A stretch of 64,000 bases of DNA from Heterodontus francisci (GCF_036365525.1 NC_090404.1:7812001-7876000), one strand, 5' to 3'. Counted from the first letter of the stretch, positions 26,343 through 39,078 are shown. Translations and numbers: made by a program. Notes: generated by a model from the sequence alone, not told the origin.

Positions 26343-26822
26343 TGTTGTAGTAATACTCAGCTTTACAGTAATAGATGGAGGTGTCTTCAACTCGCAGATC
26401 TCGAATTTCCAGGGAAAATGTCTTTTTTGGCTTATTCACCAATACAACAAATCGCCCTCCACTGGAGATCCGCACCCGCTGCGTCCCGGTCTGGCTTTGT
26501 CTGAAGAAATGTCCATCTTGGAAATAACTTCTTGCAGCACCAGAGGAAAAAACACAGGTGATGGTGAGAGACTGACACTCCTTCCCGGTCACTGCTGGCG
26601 GGGTCTGTGTCACTGACTGACTGAAAGAGCCTGGAAATTAAAATAGAGAGAGTTTAATGAGCCATCAGAGTCGAACCACACAACGAGGCTAAAACCCCAG
26701 ACAGTGCCTGTAATTCGGATGGACTCGGGCAGCTTTATATTAAATCCACACAATGTCGGTTTGTTTGATCGGTACTCACGGGGTAAACAGACACACAGGG
26801 TGAAAACAAGGAGGATTCCCAT
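26343..26822 (-). CDS. NAR-TCR V segment, intact (leader 26780-26822; V exon 26343-26630)
   Basis: Leader MGILLVFTLCVCLP|gtgagt. V reads SFSQSVTQTPPAVTGKECQSLTITCVFSSGAARSYFQDGHFFRQSQTGTQRVRISSGGRFVVLVNKPKKTFSLEIRDLRVEDTSIYYCKAEYYYN. It shows an IgNAR-like CDR2 deletion and an extra FR1 Cys. Confidence 0.93.
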
Positions 26823-29800
26823 CGTTCTGCTGCCTGGAGCTGATAGTTTCTATGATGGGCAGCTGGAGACTGCAGTCCTCGACTGCGCTGGGAGACTGGA
26901 CCTCAGAGCTGGACTGAAATACTTCAGGGGATCGAGTTGATTTGCAGAGGGCAGTGTCCCGGAGATGATTGATGGGCCACACGGTTCCCGGGTCTCTGGC
27001 TGTGTGTTGTGTGAATAAGCGACAGGTTTAAAGAGGGAACCTGCAGCTTTCTGTCGCTTCATTTGGCCTGTGGGCCCGATGTGAAATCCCCTCCTACATT
27101 GGTCTGATGTACAGGGGGTGGGGCTGGGGGAGTTGTTCTGTCAGTAGAGGCTGCCGCCCTCCTTTCCCCCACTGTAATGAGCTGGGAGGTCGCTGCATGT
27201 GTTTTTATTGAGTGGTGTTTGTTGAGGGTGGAATGTGGGCCCAGGACACCGGGAGAATCCCCCCTCCCCGCTCTTATTCCAATACTGCCGGGGATTCTTT
27301 AACATCTCCCTGAACGGGCTGCCGGGGCCTCGGTTAAACGTCTGATCTGAAGGACGGAACCTCAGACCCGGCAGCTTCCCTCCGTCCAGCAACTGAGGAT
27401 ACAATATGAGACAGTCCAGTGACATTGTCAATATCCAGGCAGATGTACACAATGTAGACAAAAAATATACTCTCCCTGTCATTTAAACGAATGTTTCCTG
27501 AATCCTCCCCTTCTGTGGCTTGTGTTCAAAATGTCTCAATCCAGTAATGATGAATTTCCTGGTTTGTAACATTCAGAGTTTCCAGTTGCAGTGACAGAGA
27601 ATGAACCGACACTCGGAAAGACATTGGGGGAACTCTGTGTTTGATGCTTGTGAAGGCTGCTTGCTTAATCTGTACATTGGATACAAACTGAGTCCGACCA
27701 GGCAACACAGTCTGATCAAATAAACCCTGCGAGCAGGCCACGGTGAAAGCCTCCGGGAAACTGACAGAGGAGATGGGAAAAGGACTGCTCAATATTGCAG
27801 GGAAGCACGGAAGAGGCAGCAAAGGACAAAAGGAGACTTCAGGTTCACGGCACGTAACACAAACATGGCCGACCGTCCGTCACACTAAGACGGTCGATGC
27901 TTTAAATGACCTCGCAGCACCGCCAGATCGACGGCCGCGGGGTCTTAATGTCCAGCCAGACCAATTCTTTCTGCTTGATCAGAAACAACTTTAAAGAGCA
28001 CACACAAACTGTTTGCTTAGCACATAATTTTTGCACAAGTATTTATCCAATTCCCGTTTGCTTTTAAATGTTACTATTGAATCTGCTTCTACAGCCCTGT
28101 CAGCCATTGCATTCCCGATCATAAACCGGTTGTTGGCTCAGATGGTGTGCCTCAAGGCTACATCAAAAACCTGTATTTATAAAGCGCTGTTCACGCAATG
28201 AAGCGTCCCCGCAGCAGCAGGTAACGACAGTGATCTGATTGAAACATGAATCCTGCAGATGCGGATGTTGTTGAGAACATAATTCACCGTCTGCACTGTC
28301 AGAACAAGGAACATTATTATCAATATTAATATTACTCAGATTACTGCACAGCTCAATTTTAAAAGACAACAAATCCTTAGAAATAATCGGAAGGAGAAAT
28401 AATGATTGAATTTATTTCAATCCACATTTCAGGGAGGATTTCAAGTCCTTGGAGAGGGGGCAGAGGGGATTTATAGAATGGGAGCAGGGTTTTGGGGCTT
28501 CAGTTCTGCAAAGAGATTAGAGAAGCTGGGATCGCTCCCCTTAAAGCAGAGGGGTCGAAAGGGAGATGTGTTGATAAAAGTGATGGATTATGAAGAGTTT
28601 CAATAGTGTTGATAGTGAGATACTGTTTCCACTGGTAGGATTGTCAACACAGATTTCAGATAATTGGTAAAGGAAGAGGGAGGAGATGAGGAGGTTTTTT
28701 TATGCAGCGAGTTATTCTGAGCTGGAATGAAGTCCCTGAAAGGGCGGTGGAAGCAGATTTCAAAAGGGAATTGGATAATTACTTGAAAAGGAAAGATTTT
28801 CAGAGCTTTGGAGAAAGACCCCGGGAGTGGAACTGATTGGATAGTCCTTTCAACGAGCAATCACGATGGGCCGAAGGGCCTCCTTCTGTCTTGACAGATT
28901 CCAGAATTCAATGAATTTCAGTTGCATCAATCAACAGTTTTACAATTGTGCTCCTGAAGTTGATATTTGTGATATTAGTATATGAAACCTTACCAGCAAG
29001 TGCATTCACCGTTATGGTAAAATTGTAGATACAAAATGTCACCATAGTTCATTAAACATTTTCGTAGCAGTTTGGTTAAAGCAAGTAGATTTCGATTTCA
29101 CAATCAGTGGATTGTGGATTGAACCTCAACTTCAGAGCCTGAGCCTATTAACCAGACTTCAATCAGTGCAGTGCTGAATATGCAATACCTTTCTGAGGAC
29201 AATCTGAACCAATAATCTCTCCCCCTCCATTGACACGGATCGAGCAGGGAGTAGGACTGACTAAATAGCTCCCTGGAGAGCCAGCATGGATTTGATGGGT
29301 TGAATGGCCTCCTTCTGCGCCGGAAATCGCTCTCTGATTCCATGACTCTATGTCTGTTGATGTGGACAATAAAACTGCCATTGTTCCAAACTGTACCCTG
29401 ATCAAAATGTTTTCCTCGAACAGAGATCAACACATATACATTCACAGGAATTGAGCCACTTTGCTCTATTGCTGATATTTATGCGCACAAATCGGCCACA
29501 TTCATCTAAAAATAGTTGCACTTTAAAATCTTTGGGACGTCCTGCAGAGAGTGATGAGATGATACATCAATGCAAATTATATTACTGTACTTAGTCTCAC
29601 CTTTACCTGCCTCCCTCTGTTGGTGTCTCTCTTTATTACTGTACTGAGTGTCCCTTATATCTCTCTCTCTCTGTTGCTCCGTGTATCACTCACTGTACTC
29701 AGTTTCACATTTATCTGCCTCGCTCTGTTGGCGTCTTTCTGTATCACATGTTTTAGTCAGCCCCACCTTTATCTCTATTCCTAATTTCACAGCTCTCTCA

Positions 29801-32050
29801 AAGTATACAGACAAGTATAGGATCTATGGAGTTGGCACTCACTCAGCTGCACAGGTCCAGTGATCGAATCTTTAAGCACTGAGAGCAGACAGGCAGTGAG
29901 CTGATGCACCGTGGGTGTGGGGGAGAGGGTGGGGCGTGGGGGGTGGTGGTGGTTGGGGTTTGGAGGGGGAAGAGGTGCTCACTCATTCTTCTGCACAGGA
30001 ATATTGCTCAGGTATTCAATCAGAGATAGGCTAGGCCCACTGAGGAGATTCTCACTCACCTCCACATGCAAAAGTCTCAGATCTCTAATGATTGAGACCA
30101 GGCAGTCACTGAGTTGGTCCACCGTACAGAGCCTCACTCATCTGCACAGGAACACTGATCAAAACTTCAAAGATTGAGAGCAGACATGCACTGAGCTGAT
30201 GCACAAAGAGGGCAGCATTCACCCACCTGCACAGATACCTTCCTCGTATCATTAACCATTGAGTATAGAGAGACAGTGAGCTGATGAACTGTGGGGAAAC
30301 TCACTCATCTGCATCGTTCCATTGTTAAGATTTTTTTACCATTGAATACAGACAGTATCTGGGTTGATGCACAGAGTGGGGCTTGCTCATCTGCACAGGA
30401 ACTTTGCTCAGATTATAACCATTGTGTACTACCAGGGATAAGACTGTTCCACCGTTGGGGTCTCACTCCCTTCCACTGCTACATTGCATAGATCTGTCTT
30501 TCATTTTAATATTTCATGGTTTTACCTCGCTGTTTAATTTTCTGCTCCCTGTCTAGAGCTTTTTTAACCTCTATTTGTCCCCATATTTCTGTTTTTTCCC
30601 CCTTTTGCTCGTTTCTGCTAATTTCCAGAATTCCATTCACAATCCCCAGAGACTGCCATTGGCATAAACAAATGGAAACAATCATTTCAAAGAGATGTTG
30701 AAAAAACAGACAGGTAAGAGAAAATAACAAAGAACGGGTTAAAATAAAACAATTATTTATATGAAACAGGACAATGCAAGTGATTGGATGAAAGGAAGAT
30801 CTCATCAATGACTCAGTGCAGGTGAGTGTGGGTTCCGTCGGTGGATCAGCTCAGTGCATGTTTATGCTCAATTGTCAGAAGATGATCCCCACATCGCAGC
30901 TTTAGACTCAGTTCCCAGTGGCAGAGGGCTTACAGAGGTCCAGAAAGGAACTATTCGGGACACTGGCACGGGGCAGAAGCCACCGCCCATCACCACCCTG
31001 GATACGACAACTCCTCTTGGACTCGTCCATACCTGGGGTAGGGGACTGTGATGCAGAAAGCTGTTGCGTGGTAGGTGAGCGGCTTAGGATTGGGCAGACT
31101 GGATAGCCTAAGCGAAAAGCCTCTGCTATATTAGCGAAGTCAGAGTCACTGACCTGCAGTCAGGTTGATTAACTGTGTGTGTAACTTTAAACTTGCTGAC
31201 TCAGTTCACAGAAACTGAAAATGTATTTTAGGACTATGGATTATAAAGACAGGCATGCGATGGTGAAGTAATTACTGAGATAGGGCCTAATGTGTTGTAA
31301 AAGGAAAGGTCCAGTGTAGTATAAACAGAGACAAAGTTTAAGGTAACATAAACAGAGGCATAGCCCAGTGCAGTAATTAGTGAGACAGGTACTCAAGAAA
31401 TATGAACAGAGATCTATTCTAGTGCAGTTTAACTGAGACAAAGTCTAGAGTAATATAAACAGAGACATGGTCTAGTTCAGTAATAAATGACGCCCGGCCT
31501 GATCTAAAAAAAACAAAGAGTAAACATTAATAACTGAAACCGACCCAAGGGTGACCCATGGATTAAACGATACTTCCGATGATGCGAATCGAGTTCACAT
31601 TTCTTACCAAATCATCCTAAACCTGATTGTGACGGCATTAATAGAATGGTTGTTAGAATTTGTGGATCCTACTGGAATCAGTATTTTGTTACCTCGCGAC
31701 CATCAAGTCATGTGGGGACAGGCTGGAGAATCCGCTCCCCAGAGGACAAATGTACTCACCAATTTAATGCGAGTGGGTTCCAGGAACACAGTAAAATTGA
31801 AACCACAGAATTTCTCATAGAAAAATCCCAGACCTTCCAGTGGGTGAAGTTATTTCCAGGAACCTTAGCTCAGCAGTTAATGACCGACTCTTTGTGTGAC
31901 CTCTTCAATCCTGGTAGAGTTCAGATTTTCCAGACAAATGCTGCAGGGTGATTACTGCGGGTTTGCTGCCATCTGGTGGAATAAATCAGCAATTCTCCCC
32001 GTCAATTGTTCTTTCAATCGGAGAATTTTTGCTTTTGAGTGCATGGAGAC
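26823..32050 (-). repeat. 5' flank of the intact cassette; inverted paralog of ~7350-12634
   Basis: Reverse-complement colinearity of promoter, SINE remnant, E-box repeats and CTCF site. Confidence 0.85.
31965..31979 (-). promoter_or_regulatory. CTCF-consensus site ~5.15 kb upstream of the leader at 26822
   Basis: Reverse complement CCACCAGATGGCAGC. Confidence 0.6.
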
Positions 32051-33866
32051 ATAGAGTTATACTGCACAGAAACAGGCCGTTCGGTCCGCCGTGCCCGCTC
32101 CTGCCATCAAGCCTATCCATTCGAATCCCATTTTCCAGCACTTGGACCGGATCCTTGTATGCTCTGGCGTTTCAAGTGCTCTTCTAAATACGGCTTAAAT
32201 GTTGTGAGGGTTCCTACATTTACCACCCCTTCAGGCAATGTGTTCCAGACTTCAACCACCCTCTGGGTGAAATCTGTTTTCCTGAAATTATCTCTAAACC
32301 TCCTGCCTCATATCTTAAATCTATGCCCCCTGGTATTGACCCCTCTGCTAACGGAAAAGGTTCATTCCTCTCTACCCTGTCTATGCCTCTCATAATTTTG
32401 TATACCACAATCATGTCCACCCTCATCCTTCTCGGCTCTAAAGAAAACAACCCTAACTTATCCAGTCTCTCTCCAAAGCTGAAATGCTCCAGCCCAGGCA
32501 ACATCCTGGTGAATCTCCTCTGCACCCTCTCCAGTGCAATCACATCCTTCCTATAGTGTGGCGACCAGAACTGTACACAATACTCCAGCGGTGGCCTAAC
32601 TAGCGTTTTATACAGCTCCAACATACCTCCCTGCTTTTATATTCTATGTCTTGGCTAACAAAGGCAAGTATCCCATATAATAAAAGCAAAATACTGCAGA
32701 TGCTGGAAATCTGAAATAAAAATAAGAAATGCTGGAAATATTCAGCAGGTCTGGCAGCATCTGTGCAGAGAGAAGCCGAGTTAACGTTTCAGGTCTGTGA
32801 CCCTTCATCAGAACAGCTCATCCACAGATGCTGCCAGACCTGCTGATGATTTCCAGCATTTCTTGTTCTTATTTCAAGAATCCCAGAAACCTTCCTAACC
32901 ACATTATCTGCTTGTGTTGCTGCCTACAGTGATCTATGGACAAGTACACCAAGGTCCCTCTGACCCTCTGCACTTCCTATGATCCTATCATCCATTTTCT
33001 ATTCCCTTGCCTTGGTAGTCCTCACAAAATGCATCACCTCACACTTCTCAGGATTCAATTCCATTTGCCACTGATCTGCGCATCTCACCAGCCCATCTAT
33101 ATTGTCTTGTAGTCTAAGGCTTTCCTCCTCACTATTTACGATAGCACCAATTTTCACGTCATCTGCGAACTTACTGATTATACCTCCTATATTCACGTCT
33201 AAATCATTAATGTACACCACAAGCAGTAAGGGTCCCAGCACAGATCCCTGTGGTACACCACTGGTAACAGGCTTCCAATCGCAAAAGCAACCCTCGACCA
33301 TAACCTCTACCTCCTGTCACTAAGCCAATTTTGGATCCAATTTGACAAATTGCCCTGGATCCCATGGGCTCTTACGTTCTTGACCAATCTTCCATGCGGC
33401 ACCTTATCAAAAGCCTTACTGAAGTCCATGTAGATTACATCAACTGCTTTCCACTCATCTACACACCTAGTCACATCCCCGAAAAATTCAATCCAGTTTG
33501 TTGCACATGATCTCCGCCTGACAAAGCCATGCTGACTATCCTTGATTAATCCTTGCCTCTCCAAGTGGAGATTACCCCTGCCCCTCAGAATCTTTTCCAA
33601 TAGTTTCCCTACCACTGATGTTCGACTCACTGGCCTATAATTACCTGGTTTATCACTACTACCACTCTGAAATAATGGTACCACATTCACGGCCCTTCAG
33701 TCCTCTGGCATCTCTTCTGTCGCCAGAAAGGATTTGAAAATTTGTGTCAGGGTCCCTGCAATCTCCTCCCTTGCCTCACATAGCAGCCTGGGGTCCATCT
33801 CATCTGGGCCTGGGGATTTATCCACCTTTAAGCCGGCTAAAACCGCTAATTCTTCCTCGCTTTCAA
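32050..33866 (-). mobile_element. CR1-type LINE fragment
   Basis: ORFs 32220-33930 ([31 protein letters not shown]). Confidence 0.9.
32678..32877. mobile_element. Short inverted-repeat element (Penelope-like remnant) nested in CR1, with a minimal hammerhead-like motif on the - strand
   Basis: Arms 'aagaaatgctggaaatattcagcaggtctggcagcatctgtg' and 'cacagatgctgccagacctgctgatgatttccagcatttctt'. The - strand reads GTT-CTGATGA-AGGGTCACAGACCT-GAAAC-GTT-AAC. Confidence 0.55.
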
Positions 33867-33992
33867 TGTGTTTGTGTGTGTGAGAGAGAGAGACACACAC
33901 ACACACACGCGTGCGCACACGCACACACACACAGACTGAGACATTGACAGAAAGAGACAGCTAAACTGTGTGTGTTTGTGTGTGTGTGTGTG
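33866..33992. repeat. (GT)/(GA)/(CA) microsatellites
   Basis: Direct inspection. Confidence 0.9.
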
Positions 33993-34302
33993 GCTAGGCA
34001 AGGATAGGGTTAGTTCGAAGACATCAGTAGTTTGTCTACAGATCGCAGTGGTTGGGGCACATCTGGTGTCAGTTCTAAGTTCTAATCCTGTCCCCGGGGG
34101 ACGCTCCACACTCTCACAGTCAGTCCAGTCCCCGCTTACCTGAGTTTACTTTGTGATGTCAGACTAGAAGTTTCAACATACTTATAACATTTTGTTATTT
34201 TCTGTCGAAATCTAAACAAGACATCATGTGTTCCCCATATTCCTTACTGATAATCATGGTTTTGGTGTCCGTGAGTCTGTGATTAAATGATCAGTCTGTG
34301 TT

Positions 34303-35680
34303 AGAGTCATAGAGTTATACAGCACAGAAACAGGCCCTTCGGCCCATCGTGTCTGTGCCGGCCATCAGACACCTATCTGTTCTAATCCCATTTTCCATCA
34401 CTTGACCCGTATCCTTGCATGCTATGGCGTTTCAAGTATTCATATAAGGACTTCTTAAATGTTGTGAGGGTTCCTGCCTCTACCACCCCTTCATGCAGTG
34501 TGTTCAAGATTCCAATCACCCTTTGGGTGAAATTCCTTCTCCCTCAAGTCCCCTCGAAACCTCCTGCCCCTGAACATAAATCTATGCCCCCTTGTTATTG
34601 ACCCCTCCGCTAAGGGAAAACGTTTCTTTCTATCTATCGGATCAATGCCCCTCATAATTTTGTATATCTCAGTCAGGTCCCCCCTCAGCCTTCTCTGCTC
34701 TAAAGAAAACAACCCTAGCCCATATCCTTCCTAGCAATCACATCCTTCCTCTGGTGTGGTGCTCAGAACTGTACACAGTACTCCAGCTGTGGCCAAACTA
34801 CCGTTTTATATTACTCCATTATAACCTCCCTGCTCTTATATTCTATGCCTCGGCTAATAAAGGTAAGTAACTCATATGCCTTTCTAACCACATTATCTAT
34901 CTGTGGTGATGCCTTCAGTGATCTATGGACAAGTACACCAAAGTCTCTCTGACCCTCTGTACTTCCAAGGGTCAACCCGTCAATTGAATATTCCCTTGCC
35001 TTGTTAGTCCTCCCAAAATGCATTAACTCACCTTTCTCAGGTTTAAGTTCACTTTGCCACCGCTCCGCCCATCTTACCTGCTGATCTATATCGTCCAGTA
35101 ATCTAAGGCTTTCCTCCTCACTGTTTACGACACCAGCAATATTCATGTCATCTGCGAACTTACTGATCATACCTCCTATATTCACGTTTATATCATTAAT
35201 GTACACTACAAACAGCAAGGGTCCCAGCACCGATCCCTGCGGTACATCACTGGTCACAGGCTTCCACTCGTAAAAACAGCCCTCGACCATCACCCTCTGC
35301 CTCCTGCGACTAAGCCAATTTTGGATCCATTTTGCCAAATTGCCCTGGATTCCATGGGCTCTTACATTCTGAACCAATCACCCACGCGGGACCTTATCTA
35401 ACGCCTTACTGAAGTCCATGTAAACTACATCAACTGCTTTATCCTCATCTACACATCTAGCCACCTCCTCGAAAAATCCAATCATGTTTGTTAGACATGA
35501 TCTCCCCCTGACAAAGCCATGCTGACTATCCATGATTAATCCCTGCATCTCCAAGTGTTGATTAATCCTGTCCCTCAGAATATTTTTACCAATTGTTTCC
35601 CTACCACTGACGTTAGACTCACCGGTCTGTAATTACCTGGCTTATCCCTACTCCCCTTCTTGATTCATGGTACCACATTC
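34303..35680 (-). mobile_element. CR1-type LINE fragment
   Basis: ORF 34811-35377 with VPQGSVLGP and KFADD. Confidence 0.9.
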
Positions 35681-35727
35681 AATATATTTACTCCCAGACT
35701 TTTGACATTTTCTGTACCTTGTTACAG

Positions 35728-36021
35728 CAACAAGCGATAAAGATTCAGTGTCTCAGGATCCCTCTGCATTAATGGTTCAAGAAGGACTGACCATAAAACT
35801 GAACTGCAGTTACTCCACAACCAGTGACTTTCCCTACCTCTACTGGTACATCCAGTATCCTGAGGAAGATATTTGCTGAGGTGATAAAACAATGAACAGG
35901 GAGATAAGTCTCCACCTTTCCCAGACCTGCTGCTCTGGACTAAGAAAAGATGACGGTTCCTTGAAATGCCACAGGGGCTCTTGTCTCTGATTTTGCCGAA
36001 TGGCATATTTCTGCGCTAAGA
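35728..36021 (+). pseudogene. TCR alpha/delta V pseudogene (no leader, frameshifted, no RSS)
   Basis: After acceptor gttacag it reads TSDKDSVSQDPSALMVQEGLTIKLNCSYSTTSDFPYLYWYIQYPEE, then a stop and frameshifts; remnant 'tatttctgcgctaaga'. Confidence 0.82.
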
Positions 36022-36477
36022 CTCTGTGTCAATTTGTGTAGTAAGCCCCATAATATCAGCTGTGGGTGGTTCCCAGTGTCCTTGAACAGTTCTTATAATG
36101 GGAGGCTCCGTCATTGATACCACTGCAACATTAATTATTTCCCCTCATTGCCACTATCTCATCGACTGACCCTGTTAAAGGGCGAAACTAGGGGTTGAGC
36201 CCCGTCCTGTTCTCTGTTGCGAGCAGAACAATTTTACTCTGTTCCCTGCTCCTTGCTCTGACGTTAAGAATTGGCGAACAAAATGTATGTGAACTGATTG
36301 GATGAATCGGAGAACAAAGGAGCTTTGAGCTAATTGGATGTGACCTGTTCACTCTTCCTGGAATGGACCAATCGGTAGAGAGACAGGATATTACTCAACA
36401 TCTTCCCAACTCTGACTTAAACAATTACAGATTCAACCCGTTCTGTTCAAATCCGCCATCAACTCTCTGCAAATAAT

Positions 36478-36992
36478 ATGGTTGTTACTTTGTATTCATT
36501 CCTCACAGCTGCAGCTCTCTTAACTGGTAAAGTTTACAAGTTTCCTTTTTCCTTTGAAGGTGTCACGTAGAAAATCTATCTTTTAACTGCTTCCCCTCTA
36601 TTTGCAATGGATTCTGTCACATTTATATTAGTTATAATGAAGTGATAATAGAAGCTTAAAGGTCTGTATTTCTAAATTTCTGCAGGTGTTAGTGGTGCAG
36701 ACTCGGTCTCACAGGGACCAGTTACAGCGAAGCGTTTTGAAGGAGACTCGGTGACCATTAATTACAACTATTCGACAGCTGTTACCCCCGATTCCTTACA
36801 ACTGTACCGCCAAGACCGGGATAACGGCCCCACATTCCTCATCTACATCCCTAACTACGGAAATGTTTTCAGAGCAAACGGCGTGGGCAATCAATTTTCT
36901 GCATCTCTCGACAAGTCGAAAAGTGAGGGGAATTTCACCATCCGCGGCCTGCGGCTGTCTGACAGCGCGATGTATTACTGCGGGCTGAGAGG
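36478..36992 (+). CDS. TCR alpha/delta V segment, open ORF but lacking the first Cys and the conserved Trp (leader 36478-36526; V exon 36686-36992)
   Basis: Leader MVVTLYSFLTAAALLT|gtaaag. V reads GVSGADSVSQGPVTAKRFEGDSVTINYNYSTAVTPDSLQLYRQDRDNGPTFLIYIP...FTIRGLRLSDSAMYYCGLR. Confidence 0.88.
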
Positions 36993-37031
36993 CACAGTGA
37001 CAGGAACCAGAGGGGGCCTCGTACAAAAACA
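36993..37031 (+). other. 23-RSS
   Basis: CACAGTG-23-ACAAAAACA. Confidence 0.93.
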
Positions 37032-37880
37032 CTGCCTCAATGTGACAAGGTGAACGCAGAGTTAAATGCGGAATGTCAGTAATTATCACAGGACAGTGTT
37101 GGTGTAAAAGCAGCCAAATAGCTGACAACTAACAGTACAGAGCAAGAATAATTTTTATTATTAGTGCAATAATCTTGTAGTTGATTTCACAATACCATGT
37201 CTGAATGGGCTGGTCTTCCAATTTCGGTTTATTTCCTGGGCACCTTAAATTCGAACCTTAGTGGAACAAATATAAAACTAGTTCTCATTCTGTGCAAGAG
37301 TCGCAAAAAGACCTGACGCTCCAGATGACTGAAATGAACTGAAAGGAGAGGTTATATTTAGTAAATACTTAATAAACCATAGAGGGAAACCTTCAGAACA
37401 ATGACGTTTCCTCTGAACTATGACTCTGTGAGACTCAGGTCCTAAACTGTGGTGGAAGCCCGGGCTGCTGACTGTACCAGTTGAAAATATTTACTGAGAA
37501 GTGATATAATGATGAGGAGCGGTGCGAGGCGGTTCCGCGTGATGCTCCCTGAGTCTGTAACTCCGCAGTGCGAGAGCTCTGTCCGAGCAGAAATACAGAC
37601 CCCCGCCCCATTGCACTACTGGTCCAACCAATACCAAACAGGGAACAGCAGCAGCAATCTCTCCAGTAACACAGGGCAGGCAAGGCGGGTCAGAGGGAGA
37701 ACAGCAAACGGAAGCTGTGGGCGGAGACACCGCAGAAGCAAATTGAGTGAATTGAAAACTCTGTGTCAGGGCAAAAAGCGCGCTGCGCCGCTCAGCTGCA
37801 CTGGGCGCTGATGGAGCGGAAATGGCGATAGTTCCATCTCCAGAAGCCTCTGAATAAACTGCTACTGCTCACTGATCAAG

Positions 37881-38215
37881 TGACTGCAACAAATAGAGTG
37901 GGAGCGAAAAGAGGAGATTGTGCGGGAAGGAGAAACGGAGGCGCTGAATTGCAGTTTTTTAGCAACAGATACAGTCACTGATCTTTTCTGTTGCCGGCAG
38001 GTTCCCCATCAGGCTCGGGGAAACGTGTTGCTTCTCACCAAATGAGGCACGTTCTCAGCCGACTTAGTCCAGCACCGTTTTACAGCAGAGCTGAGCACAG
38101 AGGAAAGCACGGTTCAGCTGAGAGTTTGTGGGGCGGAGCTGACAGACAGCGTCGTGTATTATTGTGCTCTGAAACCCACAGCTGCAGAGTTCTGTGACCA
38201 ACAGAAAATAAAACT
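37881..38215 (+). pseudogene. TCR alpha/delta V pseudogene with degenerate 23-RSS
   Basis: EEIVREGETEALNCSFLATDTVTDLFCCRQVPHQ...K*(TGA 38043)GTFSADLVQHRFTAELSTEESTVQLRVCGAELTDSVVYYCALK. RSS CACAGCT-23-AATAAAACT at 38177-38215. Confidence 0.82.
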
Positions 38216-39078
38216 GCAGCAAACTGTGTGTAAATAAAATGTGAGTCCGGACTAGCTGCGCTGTGAATGTCTGAATAGGACAAATGCTGCTCGGATAGAA
38301 TATTCCTGCAGGACAGGTCCAACAGCTCTGAGTACAGATTTTAGATTTCATTCATTCTATAATGAGGGATGAACAGGTTAAACCGGCGCAGGTTTAAGAG
38401 GCCAACTGACCGTGTATAGTGTGTGTTCCAGTTCAGGTTTCTCCTCTTCACTGCCGATGTATTATTTTCCTGTTTCACGATACTTAAACCAACACTGAAA
38501 CTCACAGCTTTGCTGAGGGTTGGGATTATATTCAAAGGGCTGTAGACTGCCCCTTTTCTGAGTGTTTGATTCATTTCTGTTTGAAGACGACTCACCGACA
38601 GCATTAATTTCATTCTCCTGCAACATTGGAGTTTACACTGAACAATCCACTCGGTCGGGTAGATTTCTTCTAGTCGCTATAGTTAGCGACATAGTGAACA
38701 CATTCTAAAATAATGAGTAACAATTCCGCTGAACTGGCCAGCAGTTGAAATTTTCCATTCAGTTTGTGATGTCGCTAATACAGAGAGACCAGAGGAAATC
38801 TTCCCCTTTGTGCCTCCCCAGTGAAAGGTTAAGGAAAGCCAAACCCCGCCCCTGCTCCCGACACCATCACCCCCACCCCCCAACCCCGCCCCCGGCCCCC
38901 GGCCCCCACACGATCACCAAGCGCCCCCGGTCAATCAGTTCATTGTGAAATTCTGTTTAGTAAGTGGGAGTGAAATAAACTGAACAACATCATCTACATT
39001 CAACACCTGTCACTGTTTTTTTGAGATGACTTCCTTCAGGCCAATTCAAAATCAAACGATTGCACAGTTCGGTTACAG

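Noticed and set aside
30854-31106. Short ORFs in the cassette flank (also 1523-1780, 8494-8793, 46355-46648)
   Set aside because: Frames are not preserved among the four paralogous copies and there is no recognisable domain.
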